Of a stretch of DNA of 64,000 bases, positions 1 to 8,989 are shown in pieces. A program made the translations under genes and the position numbers. Every line of letters starts with the position of its first letter. Within the stretch, counting starts at the first letter, position 1. Under the pieces are notes generated by a model. That model did no database searches. It was not told the DNA's origin and saw only the letters and a list, made by a program, of their open reading frames with translations. This DNA comes from Gaiellaceae bacterium (GTDB lineage: Bacteria > Actinomycetota > Thermoleophilia > Gaiellales > Gaiellaceae): contig DASXOM010000051.1 in NCBI GenBank assembly GCA_036494245.1, positions 1,512 to 65,511 on the forward strand, given 5' to 3'.

Positions 1-748
1 CGAGGAGCTGCGCATGCGTGTGGACGGCTACGACCTCGGCGACGTCGCGTGCGTCGTGGCGACGGTGGGCACGACGTCTTTTGCCTCGGTCGACCCGGTG
101 CGCGACCTCGCCGAGCGGGCGCATGCCGCCGGCGCCTGGCTCCACGTCGATGCTGCCTACGCCGGGTCGTCGTGGATCTGCGAGGAGGAGCGTTGGTCGG
201 CCGACGGCGTCGAGCTCGCCGACAGCCTGGTCGTCAATCCGCACAAATGGCTGCTCGTCCCGACCGACTGCTCGCTCGTCTGGACGGCGAGACCGGACGA
301 GTGGCGCGACGCGTTCACGCTCACGCCCGAGTACCTGCGCACCGACGACGAGGCGTTCTCCCTCGCCGACTACGGCCCGCCGCTCGGCCGCCGCTTCCGC
401 TCGCTCAAGCTGTGGGCCGTGCTGCGCTGCTACGGCGCCGAGGGGCTGCGGGCGATCGTTCGCGAGCACATCCGCCTTGCCGCGCTCTTCGCCGGCTGGG
501 TGGAAGAGAGCGACGACTGGGAGCTCGTTGCGCCGCGACGGCTCTCGCTGGTCGTCTTTCGCCGGAACGGCTCGGACGAGGAGAACGAGCGGCTGGAGTC
601 GCGCGTCAACGCGTCCGGTGAGATCTTCATCACGCACACGAAGCTCGACGGGCGCTACGTCCTGCGGCTCGCGATCGGCAACGCGCGGACGACGGAGAAC
701 GACGTGCGCCGAGCCTGGGACGTGCTCAACAGGGAGGCAGAACGATGA
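1..748 (+). CDS. PLP-dependent group II amino-acid decarboxylase (DDC/aromatic-L-amino-acid type), C-terminal part; 5' end outside window
   Basis: The frame of ORF 14..748 stays open to base 2. It carries the PLP-lysine motif SLVVNPHKWLLVP and DAAYAGS, typical of the pyridoxal_deC family. Confidence 0.85.
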   Translation, partial: EELRMRVDGYDLGDVACVVATVGTTSFASVDPVRDLAERAHAAGAWLHVDAAYAGSSWICEEERWSADGVELADSLVVNPHKWLLVPTDCSLVWTARPDEWRDAFTLTPEYLRTDDEAFSLADYGPPLGRRFRSLKLWAVLRCYGAEGLRAIVREHIRLAALFAGWVEESDDWELVAPRRLSLVVFRRNGSDEENERLESRVNASGEIFITHTKLDGRYVLRLAIGNARTTENDVRRAWDVLNREAER

Positions 749-1065
749 TCGTGACGACGATGAACGACATCCCCGGCTACGAGGTCGACGAGGTCTTCGG
801 CGAGGTGATGGGGCTGACCGTGCGCTCGCGCAACGTCGGCTCGCAGATCGGCGCAGGGCTGAAGTCGATCCTCGGCGGAGAGCTCAAGGGGATGACGAAG
901 GCGCTGGTCGCCAGCCGCGAGCAGGTCCGGGAACGGATGATCGAAGAAGCCGAGGCACACGGTGCGAACGCGATCATCGCGATGCGCTTCGACACGTCCG
1001 AGATGGGCGGCAACTGGACCGAGATCTGCGCCTACGGCACGGCTGTGCGCGTCCACAAGGCGTAA
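745..1065 (+). CDS. YbjQ/UPF0145 family protein
   Basis: 106 aa. Family-typical sequence: IPGYEV..VFGEV.G..VRSRN.G..IGAGLKSI.GGEL...T......RE....RM.EEA...GANAI...RFDT. ATGA overlap with the upstream decarboxylase. Confidence 0.85.
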   Translation: MIVTTMNDIPGYEVDEVFGEVMGLTVRSRNVGSQIGAGLKSILGGELKGMTKALVASREQVRERMIEEAEAHGANAIIAMRFDTSEMGGNWTEICAYGTAVRVHKA

Positions 1066-1233
1066 CGCCGACTGTCTCGTCGGGACACGACTCGGTGTCA
1101 GACACCGGGCCGTGTCCAGAGAGGAGGGGGTTACCGCACGGCTGCATGGCTGCCGCGGAGCGACGTCCTGTGCGGACCTGTCTCGGTGTCTGACCCCTAG
1201 AGATGTCTGGATTGGCCCTGTGCCGCTGCCGGG

Positions 1234-1959
1234 CTAGAGGCTGCGCAGTAGCGCGAGGAACTCGTCGGTCGATTCGACGACGACGTCGGCGGAGTCGAGC
1301 AGCGCGCTCGGCGCCTCCGCCGAGGCGACGGCGACGCGCACCGCGACCTCGAGCCCGTCGAGTGCGGCGAACGAGTCGAGATCGGTCGTGTCGTCGCCGG
1401 CTGCGAGGGCTCGCCGCAGTCCATGCTCCTCGAGCAGTGCGCGCACCGCCGTCCCCTTGTTCGAGCCGACGGGAGGCAGCACCTCGAGAACCTTGCGCCC
1501 GTAGCGGGTGACGAGACCCTGGCACGCCGCCGCCTCTGCGATCTCGTCGAGCTCGCGCACCGCCTCCTGCTCGTCCCGCCGGCTCCGGAAGTGGAAAGCG
1601 ACCGTGAGCCCCTTCACCTCGATCTCCTCCGGCGGCCAGGGCGCAGAGGCAGCGAAGCCCGCGAGCGCTCGGCGCCAGCGGTCGGCCTGCGGCGTGAGCT
1701 CGAGCCCGTGCGAGCCGACGCAGACGACGCCCTCCACTCCGATGCGGGCGCGCACGTCCTCGCCCGCCCGGCCGCTCACGACCGCCACGAGCGCGTAGCG
1801 CCGCACGAGCCGCTCGAGCTCGGCGCGCGTCTCCGGCGGCGGTACGGCATCCTCCGGCCGGTCGACGATCGGCGCGAGCACGCCGTCGAAGTCGAGAAAC
1901 AGGCCGGCCTCGGCCGGATCGGCGGCCAACGTCGCGAGGAGATCGCCTGAACCGGTCAC
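1234..1959 (-). CDS. otsB: Trehalose-phosphatase (HAD-IIB)
   Basis: HAD motif I LFLDFDGVLAPIV, then SGR, GSNKG and AAGDDTTD motifs in OtsB-like order. Length 241 aa. Confidence 0.75.
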   Translation of the reverse strand: MTGSGDLLATLAADPAEAGLFLDFDGVLAPIVDRPEDAVPPPETRAELERLVRRYALVAVVSGRAGEDVRARIGVEGVVCVGSHGLELTPQADRWRRALAGFAASAPWPPEEIEVKGLTVAFHFRSRRDEQEAVRELDEIAEAAACQGLVTRYGRKVLEVLPPVGSNKGTAVRALLEEHGLRRALAAGDDTTDLDSFAALDGLEVAVRVAVASAEAPSALLDSADVVVESTDEFLALLRSL

Positions 1960-1998
1960 GCAGGCCTACGCTACTTCCCCGCCGGGCATAATCCGGTC

Positions 1999-2394
1999 GT
2001 GCCCGATCTCGACGAGCTCTGGATCCCGCTGGTAGACGAGCCGATCGGCGGCATCGTCGATCAGGTCCTGCGCGAGGACCCGGCCCTTGCGGCCCGCGTC
2101 GAGACGCCGCACCGGATCCTCGCCTTCAAGACCTTCGCCTACATCCGGACCGGACTGCTGCTCGGCCAACTCCTCTTCGACCACGACGTCCCCGACTGGG
2201 ACGGCTCGGAGAACTGGGTCGACGCGCTCCTCCGCGACCCCGCCCACCGCGCCGCGATCGAGCGCGAGGTGCGGGCCGTCGCCGAGGAGATCGCTTCCGA
2301 CCCGCAGTACGCCGACGACGAGCCCATCGCGCCGGACGAGGGCGCGCGCGACCGCTTCCGCGCTTTCGCCCGGGAGCATCTGGGCCGAAGCTAG
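1999..2394 (+). CDS. Hypothetical protein
   Basis: GTG-start ORF with normal (not Arg/Pro-dominated) composition that fills the gap between flanking genes. No family recognised. Confidence 0.45.
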   Translation: MPDLDELWIPLVDEPIGGIVDQVLREDPALAARVETPHRILAFKTFAYIRTGLLLGQLLFDHDVPDWDGSENWVDALLRDPAHRAAIEREVRAVAEEIASDPQYADDEPIAPDEGARDRFRAFAREHLGRS

Positions 2395-2406
2395 CCCGCC
2401 GCGAAC

Positions 2407-2850
2407 CTACGGCTTCGTCTTGCTGCCGTTCCCCTGGTAGACGAAGTCGTTCCCGCTGCCGAACAGCTGGCGGGCTAGCATCCGCCGCAACGCCGGGCCG
2501 GTGATCGGATTGATGAGGAGGCCGACCAGGACCCCGAGCATCAAGAGCAGGCTGTTCTTCGCGGCGCGAGCCGGCTCCGGTGCGGACCGCTTCACGTTCT
2601 TGACGCGGCCCGCGGCGTTCCGGATCTCGTCGATCGCGGACCGGATCTCGTCCTGGAGATCCTTGTCGCCGGCGAGCTGCGACGCAGCGTCCGACACCTT
2701 GCGGCGGGACGAGAGCTCGTCGTAGACGGCACGGGCGGAGGTGTAGGCGTTGCGGATGTTGTCGCGCAGCTCCTGGTCGCGGAGGGCGCGCTCCACGTAC
2801 GGGCGGGCGCTCGCGGCGGCATCGGCGACGCGTTCTTTCGTATACGTCAT
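2407..2850 (-). CDS. Hypothetical protein with C-terminal membrane anchor
   Basis: Its ATG overlaps the lon stop (ATGA at 2847-2850). Helical charged N-part plus one hydrophobic segment, LLLMLGVLVGLLINPITG. Confidence 0.6.
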   Translation of the reverse strand: MTYTKERVADAAASARPYVERALRDQELRDNIRNAYTSARAVYDELSSRRKVSDAASQLAGDKDLQDEIRSAIDEIRNAAGRVKNVKRSAPEPARAAKNSLLLMLGVLVGLLINPITGPALRRMLARQLFGSGNDFVYQGNGSKTKP

Positions 2851-5282
2851 CTCCGGTCCTTTCCTTGTGGATTGAAGGGTGCTCCTATCCTTGCAGCCGC
2901 CGCCCGCCCGCGGCCATTCGCGGTCGCGCCGTTCGAGCTGAACGCGGCGTCGAACACCTCGTCGATCGAGTCGACGAGGACGAAGTGGAGGGCGTCGCGG
3001 GTCTCGGGCGGCAGCTCTTCGAGGTCGTGCTCGTTCTCGCGCGGCAGGATCACGCGGCCCAGACCCGCGCGCTGCGCGGCCAGCACCTTGTCGCGCACGC
3101 CGCCGATCGGCAGCACCTGGCCGGTGAGCGTGATCTCACCCGTCATCGCGACGTCGTCGGCCACCGGCCTCTCGCGTACGAGGGACGCGATCGCGGTCGC
3201 CATCGCGATTCCGGCCGAGGGTCCGTCCTTCGGGATCGCGCCGGCGGGGACGTGCAGATGAACGTCGTGGCGCGAGAACCAGCGTTCGTCGAGCTCCAGC
3301 TCCTCGGTGTGGGAGCGGACCCAGGACAGCGCCGCCTGCGCCGACTCCTGCATCACCTCGCCGAGCTGGCCCGTCACCGTGAGCTTGCCGCGGCCCGCGT
3401 ACGCCTGAGCCTCGATGTAGAGGACGTCGCCGCCGACCGGCGTGTACGCGAGCCCGGTCGCCACGCCGGGATCCGCCGTGCGACGCCGCGTCTCGCCCGA
3501 GAAGCGGCGCGGGCCGAGCCATTCGCGCGCGAGTTCCTCGGTGATGTCGATCGGCTCCTCGCTCCCGCGCGCGACCCGCACCGCGGCCTTGCGGCAGAGG
3601 TCGCCGATGCGCCGCTCGAGCCCGCGCACGCCGGCCTCGCGCGTGTATTCACGGGCGAGCAGCCGCAGCGCGGCCTCGCCGATCTCGATCCGGTCGCGCT
3701 CGAGGCCGTGCTCGGAGATCTGGCGCGGCACGAGGTAGCGCTCCGCGATCCCCAGCTTCTCCTCCTCGGTGTAGCCGGACAGCTGGATCACGTCCATCCG
3801 GTCGACCAGCGCCGGCGGGATCGTGTCCACGGTGTTCGCCGTGCAGATGAAGAGCGTCTTCGAGAGGTCGAACGGGAGGTCGAGGTAGTGGTCGCGGAAG
3901 GTGCAATTCTGCGCCGGATCGAGCACCTCGAGCATCGCGCTCGCCGGATCGCCGCGCACGTCGGCGCCCATCTTGTCGATCTCGTCGATCAGCAGCACCG
4001 GGTTCATCGACTCGGCGTCGCGCAGGGCGCGGATGATCGAGCCGGGCATCGCGCCGATGTACGTGCGCCGATGCCCGCGGATCTCGGCCTCGTCCCGGAC
4101 GCCGCCGACGGACAGCCGCGCGAACTTCCTCCCGAGCGTCCGCGCGATCGAGTGCCCGAGTGAGGTCTTGCCGACGCCGGGCGGCCCGACGAAGCAGAGG
4201 ATCTGGCCGGCGGGGTCCTGCTTGAGCTTCGAGACTGCGAGGTGCTCGACGATCCGCTCCTTCACCTTCTCGAGGTCGTAGTGGTCATCGTCGAGGATCT
4301 GGCGGGCGCGGTCGAGGTCGAGGACGTCGGGCGTGGTCACTCCCCAGGGGAGGGTCGCGAGCCAGTCGAGGTACGAGCGGATCACGCCGTACTCGGCCGC
4401 CGCCGAGGGGAGCCGCTCGAGCCGCGCTAGCTCGCGGTCGGCCGCCTTCCGCACATCCTCCGGCAACTCGAGCGCGTCGAGCCTCTCCCTCAGCTCGTTC
4501 GCATCGGCCTGCTCGGGATCGCCCTCGCCGAGCTCCTCCTGGATCGCCTTCAGCTGCTGGCGGAGGAAGAACTCGCGCTGTCCCTTGTCGAGCTCCGACT
4601 GCACCTGCGACTGGATCTTCGTCCCGAGCTCGAAGACCTCGAGCTCGCGGTTGAGGATCTTCGAGACCTCGCGCAATCGCTCCTCCGCGTCGGCGAGCTC
4701 GAGGATCAGTTGCTTCTCCTCGGTCTTGAGCCGGATGGTGGAGGCGACGAGGTTGCAGAGTCCGCTCGCGCCCTCGATGTTCGCGGCCGCGATCTGGAGC
4801 TCCTCGGGCAGGTACGGCGCCAGGCCGATGATCCGCCCGAAGAGGGTCTGCGCGTTGCGCAGGAGCGCCTCGAGCTCGCGGCTCTCCTCCGCCTCGTCCG
4901 GCAAGGGAGCGAAGCGCCCGACGAGGTACGGGTCGTCGGTCACCGGCTCCGCGAGCTGGATTCGGTGGAGGCCCTGGACGAGGATCCGCAGCGTCCCGTC
5001 GGGGACGCGGATCATCTTGTGCACGACGGCCGCCGTCCCGATCTCGTACAGGTCGCCCCAGCCGGGCGCCTCGACGTCGGCGTCCCGCACCGTGACGAGT
5101 GCGAGCAGGCGCTCGCCTCCCACGACGTCGTCCACCAGCCGGATCGAGCGCTCCTGTCCGATCGCGAGCGGCGTCATCGAGTCGGGGAAGACGACCGTTT
5201 CCTTGAGCGGCAGCACCGCCAGCTCGCCCGGGATCTCGTCGACCTGCGTCGCAGGCGTCTCGCCGAACTCGGTCTCGCTCAT
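2847..5282 (-). CDS. lon: ATP-dependent Lon protease
   Basis: Start set at ATG 5280-5282 (MSETEFGETPATQ), which overlaps the hsp20 stop. Walker A GPPGVGKTSLG, Walker B LLIDEIDK, protease Ser motif PKDGPSAGIAMATA. Confidence 0.95.
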   Translation of the reverse strand: MSETEFGETPATQVDEIPGELAVLPLKETVVFPDSMTPLAIGQERSIRLVDDVVGGERLLALVTVRDADVEAPGWGDLYEIGTAAVVHKMIRVPDGTLRILVQGLHRIQLAEPVTDDPYLVGRFAPLPDEAEESRELEALLRNAQTLFGRIIGLAPYLPEELQIAAANIEGASGLCNLVASTIRLKTEEKQLILELADAEERLREVSKILNRELEVFELGTKIQSQVQSELDKGQREFFLRQQLKAIQEELGEGDPEQADANELRERLDALELPEDVRKAADRELARLERLPSAAAEYGVIRSYLDWLATLPWGVTTPDVLDLDRARQILDDDHYDLEKVKERIVEHLAVSKLKQDPAGQILCFVGPPGVGKTSLGHSIARTLGRKFARLSVGGVRDEAEIRGHRRTYIGAMPGSIIRALRDAESMNPVLLIDEIDKMGADVRGDPASAMLEVLDPAQNCTFRDHYLDLPFDLSKTLFICTANTVDTIPPALVDRMDVIQLSGYTEEEKLGIAERYLVPRQISEHGLERDRIEIGEAALRLLAREYTREAGVRGLERRIGDLCRKAAVRVARGSEEPIDITEELAREWLGPRRFSGETRRRTADPGVATGLAYTPVGGDVLYIEAQAYAGRGKLTVTGQLGEVMQESAQAALSWVRSHTEELELDERWFSRHDVHLHVPAGAIPKDGPSAGIAMATAIASLVRERPVADDVAMTGEITLTGQVLPIGGVRDKVLAAQRAGLGRVILPRENEHDLEELPPETRDALHFVLVDSIDEVFDAAFSSNGATANGRGRAAAARIGAPFNPQGKDRR

Positions 5283-5626
5283 CGCAGGGGCACCTCGAGC
5301 CGCAACATTCCGGCCTCGTAGATCGCGGTCGTGGCGTCGGTGTCGACGTCCTCGGCGAGCTCGATGCGCCGCTCGAACGGGCCGTATTCGATCTCGACCT
5401 GTTGATAGTGGGCTCCCGCTGGATGCGGGCGCTCGCGGACGCCGGAGACGACGAGTGCGCTGCCGAAGGCGACGATTCGCACGGCGTCCGGGTCGACGCT
5501 GGGAAGCTCGAGCAGGACGTGCAGTGTGGGTGGATCGCCGGTGCGGTAGCAGTCGCACTGCGGCTCGAAGCCACGCCGCTGGCTCGAGAAGCGCGTCACC
5601 TCCCAGAGCTCCCTCCGCCCGGTCAT
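5279..5626 (-). CDS. Hsp20/alpha-crystallin family small heat-shock protein
   Basis: Start at ATG 5624-5626 (MTGRRELWEV). ACD-like pattern: LLELPSVDPDAVRIV, VEIEYGPFERRIELAEDVD, AGMLRLEVP. Confidence 0.75.
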   Translation of the reverse strand: MTGRRELWEVTRFSSQRRGFEPQCDCYRTGDPPTLHVLLELPSVDPDAVRIVAFGSALVVSGVRERPHPAGAHYQQVEIEYGPFERRIELAEDVDTDATTAIYEAGMLRLEVPLR

Positions 5627-5709
5627 GCCCCGGACGTACCCTCTGCGTCGTAGTGGCAAGCATCGCCAGGAGTGCGCGCCGCTCCGGAGCTGAAGTGCTG
5701 AATGAGACC

Positions 5710-6531
5710 CTAGGAGAGCAGCTCGGCGCGCCTGAGGAGCGACTCGGCGAGCTTGCGCGACGCCTCGTCCACCAGCTCGCCCTCGAAGCGGGCCGCGCCC
5801 TCGGCCGCCTCGAGGATCCGTCTCGCGCGCTCCAGGTCGGCGGGCGACGGCGTGAAGATGCGGTTGACCGGCTCGATCTGGCTGGGGTGGATCACCCACT
5901 TGCCGTCGTAACCGTGCTCGAGAGCGCGGCGCGCGGAGAGCACGAGACCGAGGTCGTCGCCGAGCCGCGCGTGCGGTCCGTCGAGCACCTGGAGGCCCGA
6001 GGCGCGAGCGGCCGCGACCACGCGCGCGAGGGCGTAGTCGGAGGCGCCGGCGCCGATCGTCAGCACCGGCACGCCGAGCGAGGCAGCGAGATCGGCCGGC
6101 CCGAAGACGAGCGCCTCGAGGCGGTGTCCGGCAGCGGCGATCCGGTCGGCCTCGACGAGGCCGCGAGCCGTCTCGATCTGGGCCTCGAGGCCGATCTCCT
6201 TCGGGAGCATCTCGGCCGCGGCGGTCACGTCTTGCGGGGACTCGACCTTGGGGAGCACGACGACGTCAGGACGCGCTTCGGTCGCCGCACGGAGATCGTC
6301 CTCCCACCACGGCGTCGAGCGTCCGTTGACGCGCAGCGCGGTCGTACGGCCAAGCGGGCCGCGCCCGAGCGCGGCGACCGCGAGCCCGCGAGCTTGCTCC
6401 TTGTCCTCGACCGCCACCGCGTCCTCGAGGTCGACGATCACCTCGTCCGCCGGTAGCGACGGCGCCTTGGCGAGCATCCGCTCGCCCGACGCCGGGACGG
6501 TGAGGCAGGAGCGGCGCGCTCGGAGTGGCAC
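5710..6531 (-). CDS. HpcH/HpaI aldolase / citrate lyase beta (CitE)-like lyase
   Basis: Track ORF trimmed to the in-frame GTG at 6529-6531, 11 nt below the upstream stop. Motifs: RRSCLTVPASG, DEVIVDLEDAV, VVLPKVESPQDV, ETARGL, FGPADLAASLG. Confidence 0.75.
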   Translation of the reverse strand: MPLRARRSCLTVPASGERMLAKAPSLPADEVIVDLEDAVAVEDKEQARGLAVAALGRGPLGRTTALRVNGRSTPWWEDDLRAATEARPDVVVLPKVESPQDVTAAAEMLPKEIGLEAQIETARGLVEADRIAAAGHRLEALVFGPADLAASLGVPVLTIGAGASDYALARVVAAARASGLQVLDGPHARLGDDLGLVLSARRALEHGYDGKWVIHPSQIEPVNRIFTPSPADLERARRILEAAEGAARFEGELVDEASRKLAESLLRRAELLS

Positions 6532-6541
6532 GGCGCGAACG

Positions 6542-7033
6542 CTAACGCTGTCGCGTGGCGGTGGGACGGCGGCGCTCCCGTGGCGGGTGGCGCTTCCGTC
6601 CTTCCGGGCGCGGCCACTCGAGCGTGAGCGAGCCGCCCACCTGGAGCGCGTGCCAACGCTCCGCGAGGTCGTCCAGCTTCTGCTGGAGCTCGGGTGGGAG
6701 CGTTTTCGCTCGCCAACCTTGCTCGAGCTCCCAGGCGAGCTCCTCCGAGCGGCGTCCATCGGGGAGGCGCGTGCGGCGGATCCTCTGCTTGCGCCACAAC
6801 TTGGCCGTCAGATCCCGGTCGAACGGCTGAAAGATCCTCGCGTTACCGCCCGCTGCCAGATCGCCGAAGACGGCGCCGTCCAGTCCGAGCTCCGCCTCGG
6901 CGACGAAGTGGAGCAGGTCGTGCGGAAGCACGTCGTCGTAGCCGATCGACCCGCACCAGAGATCGGGATAGCGGTCGCGGTGCACTTCGACCGCGTACCG
7001 CCGCTCGCCCTTCTTGACGAAGGTGACCTTCAC
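6542..7033 (-). CDS. Conserved hypothetical protein (unknown family)
   Basis: GTG start overlaps the GNAT stop (GTGA). Ordinary composition for about 120 aa (contains PHDLLHFVAEAELG), followed by an Arg-rich tail. Confidence 0.55.
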   Translation of the reverse strand: MKVTFVKKGERRYAVEVHRDRYPDLWCGSIGYDDVLPHDLLHFVAEAELGLDGAVFGDLAAGGNARIFQPFDRDLTAKLWRKQRIRRTRLPDGRRSEELAWELEQGWRAKTLPPELQQKLDDLAERWHALQVGGSLTLEWPRPEGRKRHPPRERRRPTATRQR

Positions 7034-7488
7034 TGGTCAACCCTCCTGACGAAGAACCTGTACTGGCGACCCTCGAAGGTTGTCTCTCCGCTCGGGGTGA
7101 ACCCCAGCTTCTCCAGGCTGCGCAACGCAGGCGCGTTGTCCGGATACGTCATGGCTGTGACGCGCTCGAATCCTGCGGCGAAGGCAGCGTTCAGCACAGC
7201 GGTCGACGCTTCGGTCGCGTAGCCGCGCCGCTGCGCATGAGCAGCGACAACGCAGCCGAGATCGAGCTCGCGGCGGCCGTCGATCTGCTCCCACTGCAGG
7301 CCGGTCAGGGCGACCGCCCGGCCGCTCTCCCGCTCGACCGTCGCCCAGAGGCTCATCCCGCCGTCGCGCTCGAAGCGGTCGATCTTCTCCCGGATCCACT
7401 CCTCGGGCTCGCCGAGGTCTGCGGCGTCCTCGAGTTCGAGCCGGCGGATCACGAGCCGCTCCGTCTCGATCGGGAGCTCAATCCTCAC
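7030..7488 (-). CDS. GNAT family N-acetyltransferase
   Basis: Start at GTG 7486-7488, overlapping the methyltransferase stop. RimJ/RimL-like ETERLVIRRLELEDA and acetyl-CoA motif HAQRRGYATEA. Confidence 0.8.
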   Translation of the reverse strand: MRIELPIETERLVIRRLELEDAADLGEPEEWIREKIDRFERDGGMSLWATVERESGRAVALTGLQWEQIDGRRELDLGCVVAAHAQRRGYATEASTAVLNAAFAAGFERVTAMTYPDNAPALRSLEKLGFTPSGETTFEGRQYRFFVRRVDQ

Positions 7489-8171
7489 GTCTTCTCCCAG
7501 ACGGAGACGTGCTTCGTGCTCTCGGCGGTGAATTGCGAGCGGTCCCAATCCGCCCAGCGCTCGCGCAGTTCCATCCCCGCCAGACGCGCCATGAGGTCGA
7601 GCTCGGCAGGGGAGACCGAGCGGAACGGCACCGACAGCCGCCGCCACTCGCCGTCGACGAGCGAGAAGTGATGCGAGACGAGCCGCTGGGTGTCGAAGTC
7701 GAGCTCGTCGACGCCGACGTGAGTGTCGCTCAGGTCGAAAACCTCGAGCCGTTGCGTGTTCGGGACGCCGACCTCGACCACGAAGCACCCACCCGGCCCG
7801 AGATGCGCAGCCGCGGTCGCGAACACCTCGACCTGCCCGTCCTGCGTCGTGACGTTGTTGATCGAGTTGCAGACGATGTAGGCGAGCGAGAACGTGCCCT
7901 CGACGCGGGTCGCCGTCATGTCGCCGATCGCGACCGGGATCGCATCCGTCTTCTGCCGCAGCTGCGCGACCATGTCCGGGGACAGGTCGATGCCTGCCAC
8001 CCGGACCCCGCGCTCCGCGAGCGGCACCGCGATCCGCCCGGTGCCGATCGCGAGCTCGAGCGCACCGCCAGCCGCGAACGGGACGAGGAAGTCGACGACC
8101 GGCTCGGCCGGCTTGCCGGCCGTCGACTCGTCGTAGCGCTCGGCGATCTCTCCCGCGAACCAGTCGCTCAT
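7485..8171 (-). CDS. Class I SAM-dependent methyltransferase
   Basis: Start at ATG 8169-8171 (MSDWFAGEIAERYD), overlapping the permease stop. Motif I is LELAIGTGRIAVPLAERG, then GIDLSPDMV. The upstream 284 aa of the track ORF is antisense artefact. Confidence 0.85.
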   Translation of the reverse strand: MSDWFAGEIAERYDESTAGKPAEPVVDFLVPFAAGGALELAIGTGRIAVPLAERGVRVAGIDLSPDMVAQLRQKTDAIPVAIGDMTATRVEGTFSLAYIVCNSINNVTTQDGQVEVFATAAAHLGPGGCFVVEVGVPNTQRLEVFDLSDTHVGVDELDFDTQRLVSHHFSLVDGEWRRLSVPFRSVSPAELDLMARLAGMELRERWADWDRSQFTAESTKHVSVWEKT

Positions 8172-8989
8172 CCCGACCGCTTCAGCTTCCCGTGCTTCTT
8201 CGCGTGCCGCTCGCCGACGCGGAAGACCGCGAGACCGATCGGCGTCGCCAGGACCGCGATGATCAGCAGCGGCCAGACGTCCGCCCAGACCATGCCCGTG
8301 CCAAGGATGATCGAGTGTCGGCATCCCCGCAGCGCGTACGTCGCCGGCGAGAACTTCGCGATCCACTGCATCCACTCCGGCATCACGCTCACCGGGTAGT
8401 AGACGCCCGAGACCACGAGCATCAGGCCCTGGGCGACGAACCCGAGCTGGGCGCCCTTCTCCGGCGAGATGAGCGGCAGCACAGAGGTCATGATCCCGAC
8501 GCCGATGAACGAGATCGACGCGATCGCGAGCAGCGCCAGCGCCGCGCCGTAGTTCGCGTTCGGCGTGTGGATGCCGATGAATGCGGCGACCACGAAGAAC
8601 AGGATCGTCGCCCGGATCAGCCCGTAGAGCACCGCGTACGCGCCCTGTCCGAACAGGTGGACGAGACGCGACAGCGGCGCCATAAAGGTGTACTCGATCG
8701 TCCCCTCCCAGCGCTCCCAGGCGACCGTCTCGGTCATGAACTCGAAGATGATCCCGAGGAACGCCCAGATCGTCGCGCCGACGAGCAGGACCGCCGCGAG
8801 GGTGTTCTCCTTCGCCGGCGGCAGGTTCGCCGCGCGGGCGATAAAGACGATCGTGAGCGTGTTCGCGATCGTCCAGAACATGAACGCCAGATCCCAGAGG
8901 AAGTAGCGCTTCGTGAGGTACATGTTCCGCTCGACGATCCCGAACAGGCCGACGAGCTGGTTGCGCATCTCGACTGCGTACTCGCTCAT
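8168..8989 (-). CDS. ABC-2 type transporter permease
   Basis: 273 aa with about 6 hydrophobic segments and an ABC-2 permease-like layout. ATGA overlaps on both sides. Confidence 0.85.
   Translation of the reverse strand: MSEYAVEMRNQLVGLFGIVERNMYLTKRYFLWDLAFMFWTIANTLTIVFIARAANLPPAKENTLAAVLLVGATIWAFLGIIFEFMTETVAWERWEGTIEYTFMAPLSRLVHLFGQGAYAVLYGLIRATILFFVVAAFIGIHTPNANYGAALALLAIASISFIGVGIMTSVLPLISPEKGAQLGFVAQGLMLVVSGVYYPVSVMPEWMQWIAKFSPATYALRGCRHSIILGTGMVWADVWPLLIIAVLATPIGLAVFRVGERHAKKHGKLKRSG

Noticed and set aside
5283-5663. 127-aa N-terminal extension of the Lon ORF (MLATTTQRVRPGHD...).
   Set aside because: It is Arg-rich low-complexity sequence that overlaps the hsp20 coding frame. The Lon N-domain homology begins at MSETEFG..LPLKETVVFP, and that ATG forms an ATGA overlap with the hsp20 stop.
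5627-5709. Possible CIRCE (HrcA) or HAIR (HspR) heat-shock operator upstream of hsp20-lon. The region contains TTCAGCACTT and GCACTCC.
   Set aside because: Neither TTAGCACTC-N9-GAGTGCTAA nor CTTGAGT-N7-ACTCAAG can be aligned without several mismatches and an indel. The resemblance is limited to AGCACT.
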